From NCBI GenBank assembly GCA_030648515.1, contig JAUSHK010000005.1, forward strand, positions 162,895 through 226,894: a stretch of 64,000 bases of DNA, read 5' to 3'. The notes under the pieces are model-generated. The model was not told the origin of the DNA and searched no databases. It saw nothing but the letters and a program-made list of their open reading frames with translations. Shown here in pieces: positions 57,372 to 64,000 of this stretch. Source of the stretch: Candidatus Jorgensenbacteria bacterium (GTDB taxonomy: Bacteria; Patescibacteriota; Minisyncoccia; UBA6257; GWB1-50-10). The translations under genes and the position numbers were made by a program. The number at the start of each line of letters is the position of its first letter. Within the stretch, counting starts at the first letter, position 1.

Positions 57372-57692
57372 ATGTCTTGGATTATACCGATTTCAATTTT
57401 AATACTGTTTGAGTTAATCGCTGACGTGCTTGCGAAAGAGTGGTCAATGCACGGTCTTGCAATACGTTGGATAGGCGCGCTCGTCGCGTATCTTTTGGGA
57501 AATATGTTTTGGCTTTTCGCGCTTAAAAACGGCTCTGGACTTGCCCGCGGAGCGATTATTTTTTCTGTCGTTTCGGCTATTCTCGCAATAGTGATCGGAA
57601 TTATCTTCTATCGCGAAGAACTGACAACTACGCAAATCGCCGGTATTATCGTCGGCATCATCTCAATTGTGCTTATTTTCTGGAATTCATAA
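57372..57692 (+). CDS. small multidrug resistance (SMR/EmrE-like, DMT superfamily) transporter
   Basis: 106 aa with 4 TM helices. Conserved membrane Glu in TM1 (ELIADVLAKEW). Confidence 0.65.
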   Translation: MSWIIPISILILFELIADVLAKEWSMHGLAIRWIGALVAYLLGNMFWLFALKNGSGLARGAIIFSVVSAILAIVIGIIFYREELTTTQIAGIIVGIISIVLIFWNS

Positions 57693-57729
57693 ACTCTTTC
57701 CAAATATAAGAATTTCAGGTATATAATTA

Positions 57730-57802
57730 TGTAGCAATCGCCCCGTTAGCTCAGTTGGTAGAGCAACTCCCTCTTAAGGAGATGGTCGTAGGTTCGAATC
57801 CT
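57730..57802 (+). tRNA. tRNA-Lys (anticodon CTT)
   Basis: GCCCCGT-TA-GCTC-AGTTGGTA-GAGC-A-ACTCC-CTCTTAA-GGAGA-TGGTC-GTAGG-TTCGAAT-CCTAC-ACGGGGC-A. Confidence 0.85.
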
Positions 57803-57830
57803 ACACGGGGCACTAGTATTGGAAATCGGA

Positions 57831-57861
57831 AATAAAAAAAGCCGCTTCCCCCGAGAGCGGC
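57831..57861. terminator. bidirectional rho-independent terminator
   Basis: A7 tract, GCCGCT-tcccccgag-AGCGGC hairpin, TTTCTATTATT. Confidence 0.7.
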
Positions 57862-57889
57862 TTTCTATTATTGTATTTCCGAAACCCGG

Positions 57890-58396
57890 CTAGAAATCCG
57901 GGTATACTTCGATTTTGATTTCCCGGATAATAACTCTCGTATTTTCATTTTCCCCGGTCATCACATATTTTGCATGAAAATTCACTTTTCTATTATTGAG
58001 TAAATCTAACATGCCTAATGGCAATTTTTCGTCTGTGTCAAGAAATTCCACAGACACTTTCGCGTCATACCGATCAAACTCGCCTTGCCATTCCGCCGTT
58101 ATCATTTTTTCACCATCGACAGCATTGGACCAAACCCTAATTCCACCTATCTCGCCGGCAATACAAATTTGTCGGCTTGTGTCCAGAACTGACTTAATTT
58201 TGAATACTCCGCATCCTATTACGTAGTGCGTTGCCTTGGCTGCTTTTTGTCCTGTGGCACTTTTTAAAGTCTTTTCTTTGGCCGGCTTTGTTTTGTTAGC
58301 CGAGGTACTTTGTGCCTCAACGTTGGCAAAAAATCCGATTGTTATTGCAAATACTAACAACAAAGTTAGTAACGACGCGAAAAAAGATTTTTTCAT
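57890..58396 (-). CDS. secreted hypothetical protein
   Basis: 168 aa with a signal peptide (MKKSFFASLLTLLLVFAITIGFFANVEA). No recognisable motif. Confidence 0.45.
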   Translation of the reverse strand: MKKSFFASLLTLLLVFAITIGFFANVEAQSTSANKTKPAKEKTLKSATGQKAAKATHYVIGCGVFKIKSVLDTSRQICIAGEIGGIRVWSNAVDGEKMITAEWQGEFDRYDAKVSVEFLDTDEKLPLGMLDLLNNRKVNFHAKYVMTGENENTRVIIREIKIEVYPDF

Positions 58397-58515
58397 TGCG
58401 TTTTCTCCTTGTTTATATGTTAAAAACAGCGGTTGTTTATTACTGGTTACAACATATCATATTATATATTATATGTCAATCATCGCAGCGTTTCGAAAAG
58501 CGAGTAAAATAGTAG

Positions 58516-60654
58516 TTGATTATGGATATAGCAACGCCGCTTTCTGAAATTAAAGGCATCCCTCCCCGCTTTCTGCCGAAACTCAAAAAACTTGGGATTG
58601 AAACTGCCCGTGATTTATTGTGGCACATTCCGTCTCGCTACGTTGATTTTTCGCGCGTTCTCCATATTAGCGAGCTAAAAGCGCAAGAAGAAGCGACGAT
58701 TCACGGCACAGTGGAAAAAGCGCGGGCGCGACGCACATGGAAGCGGAATCTGTATCTTATGGAGGCGTTTATCCGCGACGAGAGCGGCACTATCCGAGCG
58801 ACGTGGTTTAATCAGCCATATATAAAAAATATTTTGACGCCGGGGCGCGAGGCAAATTTTTCAGGGAAACCGACGCTTTCAAAAGACGGCGAGTTGTATC
58901 TTTCAAATCCGACGTACGAACTCGTTTCAATGTCGGAAACCGATACAAAGCACACCGCGCGCGTTGTTCCGATATATCCGGAAACGCGCGGGCTTACATC
59001 AAAAGGCATTCGTTATCTTGTCTCAATACTTTTTAAACAAAATGTGCCGCTTGAAGAACCGCTTCCCCAAAATATACTTGATTCTGAAAAACTTCCCGCG
59101 CTTCGCGATGCGATTCGCGCGGTGCATTTTCCCGACACGCTTGATGATGCCGCGCACGCAAAGCGCCGGTTCGCGTTTGAGGATTTATTTTTAATACAGC
59201 TCCGCAACATAACGGAACGCGCGAAACTGAATAATTTAAAAGCGCATTCGACTCCTCCGAATGTCGAACTAATGAAAGAACTTATTGACCAACTGCCGTT
59301 TCCCCTTACCGTCTCGCAAAAAAAATCACTTTGGGAAATTCTTCAGGGGCTTCAAGAACCACACCCAATGAACCGCTTGCTTCAGGGCGATGTCGGTTCC
59401 GGAAAAACGATTGTCGCCGCGCTTGCGGCGATGAATATCGCAGAGTCAGGGCTCCAGGCCGCATTTATGGCTCCTACGGAAATTCTTGCGCGGCAACATT
59501 ATCAAACTATCAAAAAATTCTTTCCTGAGTTTGAAAAAGGAACCGCGCTTTTGACGTCAAGCGAGGCGCGCATTTTTTACGGACAAGGAATGGAAACAAC
59601 AACCAAAAAGCCAGCGATTTTACGCGAGCTTTCCGCGGGGCGAATAAAAATCATCATCGGCACGCACGCGCTCATTCAAAAAAACGTTACGATTCCAAAT
59701 CTTGCGCTGGTTGTTATTGATGAACAGCACCGTTTTGGCGTCCGCCAGCGCGCAGAACTTTTACAGGGCAAACGCGAGGCGCGCGTCCCGCATCTCTTAA
59801 GCATGTCCGCAACTCCTATCCCCCGCACGTTGAGTTTAACCATTTTCGGCGACTTGGATCTTTCGCTTATCAATGAACTTCCCAAAAACCGCAAGGCCAT
59901 TATTACAAAGGTTGTTTTGCCGACCGAACGAGACAGCGCGTATCATTTCATCAGAGAACAGATCAATGAAGGGCGACAGGCGTTCGTGATTTGTCCGCGC
60001 ATTGAGCAAACTGTAAAAATTGATGGCGATGCTCTTGAATTATCTGAATTTGAGCTCTCTCGCATTGAGATGAAAAACGTGAAAGACGAGTATGAAAAAT
60101 TATCAAAAAAGATTTTTCAGGAATTTGAAGTCGGAATGCTGCACGGGAAACTTCATCCGAAAGAGAAAGAACATATTATGAAAAAATTTGCTGGCGGCGA
60201 AATTAATGTTCTCGTCGCGACATCAGTCGTTGAAGTCGGCGTAGACGTGCCGAACGCGACGGTGATGATGATTGAAAGCGCCGAGCGGTTCGGGCTCGCC
60301 CAACTTTACCAATTTCGCGGGCGTGTTGGCCGAGGAGAACACCAATCGCATTGCCTTCTCTTTACCGAGTCAAAATCGCAGGAAACAAAAAAACGCCTCC
60401 TATCAATCGTGGAAGCGAAAAATGGATTTGAGCTTGCTGAAAAAGATTTGGCTATCCGCGGGCCCGGAGAATTCTTGGGAGAAATCCAAACAGGAATGCC
60501 CGATATCGCGATGACCGCGCTTCAAAATCCAGAACTCGTTAAACACTCGCGCGAATTGGCAATCGCGCTTCTACGCGACGACCCACCGCTTAAAAACCAT
60601 CCGCTTCTTAAATCCCAGCTCGAGCAATTCCAAAAATCTGTGCATTTGGAGTAA
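58516..60654 (+). CDS. recG: ATP-dependent DNA helicase RecG
   Basis: Wedge domain, Walker A GDVGSGKT, DEQH box (VVIDEQHRFGV), helicase C motifs (QFRGRVGRG). 712 aa. Confidence 0.9.
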   Translation: MIMDIATPLSEIKGIPPRFLPKLKKLGIETARDLLWHIPSRYVDFSRVLHISELKAQEEATIHGTVEKARARRTWKRNLYLMEAFIRDESGTIRATWFNQPYIKNILTPGREANFSGKPTLSKDGELYLSNPTYELVSMSETDTKHTARVVPIYPETRGLTSKGIRYLVSILFKQNVPLEEPLPQNILDSEKLPALRDAIRAVHFPDTLDDAAHAKRRFAFEDLFLIQLRNITERAKLNNLKAHSTPPNVELMKELIDQLPFPLTVSQKKSLWEILQGLQEPHPMNRLLQGDVGSGKTIVAALAAMNIAESGLQAAFMAPTEILARQHYQTIKKFFPEFEKGTALLTSSEARIFYGQGMETTTKKPAILRELSAGRIKIIIGTHALIQKNVTIPNLALVVIDEQHRFGVRQRAELLQGKREARVPHLLSMSATPIPRTLSLTIFGDLDLSLINELPKNRKAIITKVVLPTERDSAYHFIREQINEGRQAFVICPRIEQTVKIDGDALELSEFELSRIEMKNVKDEYEKLSKKIFQEFEVGMLHGKLHPKEKEHIMKKFAGGEINVLVATSVVEVGVDVPNATVMMIESAERFGLAQLYQFRGRVGRGEHQSHCLLFTESKSQETKKRLLSIVEAKNGFELAEKDLAIRGPGEFLGEIQTGMPDIAMTALQNPELVKHSRELAIALLRDDPPLKNHPLLKSQLEQFQKSVHLE

Positions 60655-60728
60655 TAAATAATCCCTCGGAAATTATCCAAGGGATTATTAGTAAAAATTC
60701 AGAAAAATTCGCTGAGATCTGATTTGAG

Positions 60729-61379
60729 TTATATTGCAAACGCGAACCCTGTTTTTTTAGACCATAAATCACCAGGGGTGAAACCGCCACATCCCCTCAA
60801 AAATTCGCTACCACCACTACGATCCGTTCTAAACAGGAGGCCCGGACCGCCTTGCGGACCATTAACAAGTTCGTGCATTGCGACAATTTCGATAAGACCC
60901 ATCATAGCGATTTCCTTTTCCGTGAATGCTTCGTGAATCAGGCATGATTCTTCGGTGTTCGGCTCCCTAAGACCCAGATCCTTAGCTTTGACTCGAACAT
61001 CTCTCGTATGTCGTTTATTGATATTGAATAATGTCCCCTTAAGAACAGCGATTTTTGTTGTTACATTACTTGTTGGCGTAAAATCCTCCTCAGGGATCTG
61101 GAATCTGTCTTGTGAGAGAAGTGTGTCTCGCGCGCATTCTCCAATACGGAAGCCCTTTTCCGACTCTGGGCGGTTAACCCATTCCTCGCCTGTCATACCG
61201 CTTGAAGTGACTGAGAAATAGATGATACCCTTTTTTTCGTTCCATTTACGTGGCGATTCGGAAACCGTTAGAGTGCCACGGAGAAGCTTGATAGCCGCGT
61301 CATGTCCGCCTAGCTTTTTAACAATGGCGTTCAATTGGCCAGCTGTAAGATTAGCTGATGCAAATTTCCCACTCATCAC
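60729..61379 (-). CDS. hypothetical protein
   Basis: 216-aa soluble ORF with no recognisable motif. Confidence 0.4.
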   Translation of the reverse strand: MMSGKFASANLTAGQLNAIVKKLGGHDAAIKLLRGTLTVSESPRKWNEKKGIIYFSVTSSGMTGEEWVNRPESEKGFRIGECARDTLLSQDRFQIPEEDFTPTSNVTTKIAVLKGTLFNINKRHTRDVRVKAKDLGLREPNTEESCLIHEAFTEKEIAMMGLIEIVAMHELVNGPQGGPGLLFRTDRSGGSEFLRGCGGFTPGDLWSKKTGFAFAI

Positions 61380-61447
61380 TACCTCCTACGCTCAATTGCG
61401 CGTTTTTATTTTCCTCTCATCCGAGGCGGAACTTGTGGCCATTATGG

Positions 61448-61496
61448 TCACAGCCAAAAATCTCGGGCTAGGCCAGGAACTTTTGGCTATGACCAC
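61448..61496. repeat. imperfect inverted repeat GGTCACAGCCAAAA...TTTTGGCTATGACC (14/15-nt arms, about 22-nt loop) downstream of pheS
   Basis: Arms at 61448-61461 and 61483-61496. A (TGAATCT)x2 heptamer lies at 61597-61610, just past the pheS stop. Confidence 0.5.
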
Positions 61497-61614
61497 TTAA
61501 CATTTGTAAGTTTCTAATGACAATTGTACTATTCTATTTTCTATCTGTCAACTATCCTCAATTCTTGTGATTCACTTTTCGCAATTCTTAAATCCTGAAT
61601 CTTGAATCTTTCCA

Positions 61615-62754
61615 TCACCGAACCACAGCGTTGAATTCAGCCTTCGTGCGGAATTCTATGTCCTTGTGGATTTTGTCCACTTCTTCATTTGTGAGCGTGC
61701 GCTCGTTTGAACGATATGTGATGCGGAATGTATAACTGATTTTATCCTTGCCGAATTTTTCTTCGTTCTCATACTTATCAAAAAGTTTTACCTCTTCAAC
61801 TAAATCCCCCGCGCAGTCGCGGACTATTTCATAATAACTATTTAAGCTCACATTTTTATCAACGACGAATGAAATGTCGCGGTACGTCATCGGATACTTG
61901 CTGACTTCGTGGTACGCGCTGTTTAAATCTTTAAATTGGCTTGTTATCCGCTTGTCGGTTGACCAGAAAATCCGAATGTCTGGAATGTTCATCTTTGTCA
62001 TAGCCAAGCGCTCCAAACCAAAGCCAAACGCCCAGCCGTTATAAACATCCGGGTCAAGTCCCAGTTTTTTCAAAACTTCCGTGTGCACAACGCCGGAACC
62101 TAAAATTTCAAGCCAATTACCATTAAGTTGTATCGCCATTTCAATGCTCGGATTTGTGAATGGAAACGTGTCCTCAGAAATTTTGTATTTCACGTCTGCG
62201 CCGTAAATGTTTTTCGCGATATCGACCAATACTTCCGTGAGCTCCGGTATACCAATAATTTTTTTGTCTTTTTTACACACATACCATCCGTCTATTTGAT
62301 GGAATGCCGGGTAATGTGAGCGGTCAATTTCGTCTTTCCTGTACACCTTGCCATAACATAACGCTCCAACCTCGCCATCCTTTTCTAATCTTTTTCTGGT
62401 TTCTTCTGATAGGTGGTACGGCCACATCACTGTCGTGTGCGTACGGAGTATCCAATCTTTTTCCAGATAGTATGTGTCAGTTTCCCTCCGGCTCGGGTGG
62501 TCCGGCGGCGTGTTCAATAAGTCAAAGTTATTTTTTACGTTTACGATTTCTGGAATTTCCAAAACATCAAAATCTTTAAAACGCGGTATTTTAAGAATCG
62601 CGTCAATAAAAAACTTGAGCGGAGAGCCCACGGTTCTCGTGAGATCAGGCAGTACTAGAAGCCGCTTAATGCGCCGGTTTTTGAAATCGTCTTTTTTCTC
62701 AAGCCACGCAAGGATTGCGTCAGCTTCCCTGTCATCAATCTTTATATTCCTCAT
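61615..62754 (-). CDS. pheS: phenylalanine--tRNA ligase alpha subunit
   Basis: Class II motifs FPFTNPSIE and GWAFGFGLERLAM. 379 aa. Stop is TGA. Confidence 0.85.
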   Translation of the reverse strand: MRNIKIDDREADAILAWLEKKDDFKNRRIKRLLVLPDLTRTVGSPLKFFIDAILKIPRFKDFDVLEIPEIVNVKNNFDLLNTPPDHPSRRETDTYYLEKDWILRTHTTVMWPYHLSEETRKRLEKDGEVGALCYGKVYRKDEIDRSHYPAFHQIDGWYVCKKDKKIIGIPELTEVLVDIAKNIYGADVKYKISEDTFPFTNPSIEMAIQLNGNWLEILGSGVVHTEVLKKLGLDPDVYNGWAFGFGLERLAMTKMNIPDIRIFWSTDKRITSQFKDLNSAYHEVSKYPMTYRDISFVVDKNVSLNSYYEIVRDCAGDLVEEVKLFDKYENEEKFGKDKISYTFRITYRSNERTLTNEEVDKIHKDIEFRTKAEFNAVVR

Positions 62755-62756
62755 GT

Positions 62757-62826
62757 TGCGGGGGTGGGAATTGGACCCACTACCTCAAGGTTATGAGCCT
62801 TGCGAGCAACCGTTACTCTTCCCCGC
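62757..62826 (-). tRNA. tRNA-Met/Ile2-type (anticodon CAT), atypical T loop
   Basis: GCGGGGA-...-G-CAAGG-CTCATAA-CCTTG-AGGTA-GTGGG-TCCAATT-CCCAC-CCCCGC-A. A7 and C66 are unpaired and the T loop has C55. The 3' end is 2 nt from the pheS ATG. Confidence 0.5.
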
Positions 62827-62963
62827 GTAGTGAGAATACCAAACCCTGGACATATTTTCAACTTGCGCATTCATATGAAAATCGTGTTTAATGATGATAT
62901 CAGCCCACGCCTCTGGCGGGGCGCTGAAAATTATAACTTCGTTTCACATCAGGTAATTTTCGC

Positions 62964-63036
62964 GCCGGCGTAGCTCAGTGGTTAGAGCGAGCGCTTCATA
63001 AGCGTTAGGTCGGAGGTCCGATTCCTCCCGCCGGCA
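62964..63036 (+). tRNA. tRNA-Met (anticodon CAT; G1-C72 paired, so elongator or lysidine-Ile type)
   Basis: GCCGGCG-TA-GCTC-AGTGGTTA-GAGC-G-AGCGC-TTCATAA-GCGTT-AGGTC-GGAGG-TCCGATT-CCTCC-CGCCGGC-A. Confidence 0.8.
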
Positions 63037-63099
63037 CACGAGTTTTCTCCGAGCGTAAGATTGCCAGTTTTAAAAAAGTTGGTACAATAGAAATGTTTT

Positions 63100-63174
63100 G
63101 GGCACGTAGTGTAGCCTGGTTAACACGTCTCCCTGTCACGGAGAAGATCACCGGTCCGAATCCGGCCGTGCCCG
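63100..63174 (+). tRNA. tRNA-Asp (anticodon GTC)
   Basis: GGGCACG-TA-GTGT-AGCCTGGTTA-ACAC-G-TCTCC-CTGTCAC-GGAGA-AGATC-ACCGG-TCCGAAT-CCGGC-CGTGCCC-G. Confidence 0.8.
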
Positions 63175-63251
63175 CATTAGTTTTAACGCACAGAACTTTG
63201 TATCGTGTTATAATGTCAGAAAGTCGGAGTTTTGAACTATCACCATAGCTA

Positions 63252-64000
63252 TGTATAAAAAACTATTTCTCATCGGCATTATTTCAGCCATACTCATTGC
63301 ACAAGTAAATGTGGCGTCGGCACAAAGCATTACTGTGGTAACGCCCTTTGAAGCAATACAGGTGATGATACTGCAAATACAGAAGCAGATTGATATATTA
63401 CGCGAGCAAATCGCTCTCTTAACAGCAAAATCCAGTATTATCGCCACTACTACAGCACCAATAGCTGTAACGCAAACTAATTCCCCGGAGCCAGTTTTAA
63501 CGCCGGTTTCAACCTCGTCTCAGTTAGTATCTACATCGTCTATATCAACGGAGGCACTGGTTTCTACTTCGTCCCAATCCAATGCAGTATCTACATCGAC
63601 GGAAACATCTACAATAGTTCCGCCAAATCGTCATGTATCTGGCCCGAATGAATATCTTCCTACTGATACGACGGTAGCTATCCTTAAACCGAACGGCGGG
63701 GAAACATGGCAAACGGGATCGACGCATGCGATTAAGTGGCGTCTCAACGCCGGTAGCAGCTCCGAGGCTTTTAAGACCTCAATCCTTTTACAGTCAGCGA
63801 ATGCGGGCGTCCGTGAAACTGCCGTTACTATTTCCACTTCCACGTTATCAATTGACGGAGAAAATCAGCTTATATGGACTGTTCCACAGACTGTTAATCC
63901 GGCGGCAAACTACCGCGTATATATTCAAATGAACCAAATGGCATACATAACTTCGCTTGTATACGCCACCGGCGATTGGACATATCCAAAAGACGAGTCG
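63252..64000 (+). CDS. secreted Ser/Thr-rich hypothetical protein (partial, continues past window end)
   Basis: ATG at 63252 gives MYKKLFLIGIISAILIAQVNVASAQS (signal peptide), then a coiled segment and STS-rich linker. It is not in the ORF track because there is no stop before the window end. Confidence 0.5.

Overview
This 64 kb window looks like a streamlined genome with a Candidate Phyla Radiation (Patescibacteria/Parcubacteria-like) character. The grounds are that long ORFs are unbroken and TAA/TAG stops predominate, few genes carry Shine-Dalgarno motifs, the 16S rRNA 3' end lacks the CCUCC anti-SD, and the 16S has one mismatch to primer 515F.

Most genes sit on the minus strand in one long co-directional block. 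From the left, that block contains the rpoC N-terminus and rpoB, then MltG/YceG, FtsW/RodA and tpiA, followed by a membrane-anchored VirB4/HerA-type ATPase. Next comes a type IV pilus/competence cluster: two pilin-like proteins with LamG domains, PilC, PilB, a classical pilin and a CheY-like receiver. A 16S rRNA gene follows, with no 23S or spacer tRNA after it.

After that block the window contains:
- a small plus-strand set: L31, L25 and a coiled-coil MltB-like lytic transglycosylase;
- an N-terminally truncated RF1-like release factor;
- a TrpR/YerC-like HTH gene bracketed by related palindromes;
- a sugar-phosphate block: class II FBP aldolase, PfkB kinase, split transketolase, pyrG, rpe, rpiB, CapA-family protein and gap;
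- a tRNA cluster of four genes, two of them atypical;
- an approximately 12 kb island of secreted or membrane-anchored surface proteins (36.3-48.3 kb): a lamin-tail-domain protein, phage-tail-fibre-like repeat proteins (one with a peptidase-S74 chaperone domain), LamG/adhesin-like giants, four paralogous membrane-anchored cupredoxin-fold proteins, and a four-helix-bundle (Avd / 23S-IVS-type) protein;
- housekeeping genes: cysS, dnaB, recR, rplU, dedA, cca, an SMR transporter, recG, pheS, and six more tRNAs.

The most unusual signal is a family of heptamer-array repeats. A 32-nt unit occurs three times (31/32 and 32/32 identity). Its inverted variant is paired with it around two segments: an 80-bp translation-start segment of a pilin gene, and the whole four-helix-bundle gene. 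A 38-nt double-hairpin element encoding MSRRDIV occurs twice in opposite orientation. Together these suggest a recombination, phase-variation or IVS-like mobile-cassette system acting on surface-protein genes.

Further oddities:
- tRNA genes abutting the start codons of downstream CDSs at 1-4 nt (tRNA-punctuated, apparently leaderless mRNAs);
- C55 in the T-loops of four tRNAs;
- two different tRNA-Pro(CGG) genes;
- a tRNA-like gene with an approximately 30-nt extended anticodon arm.
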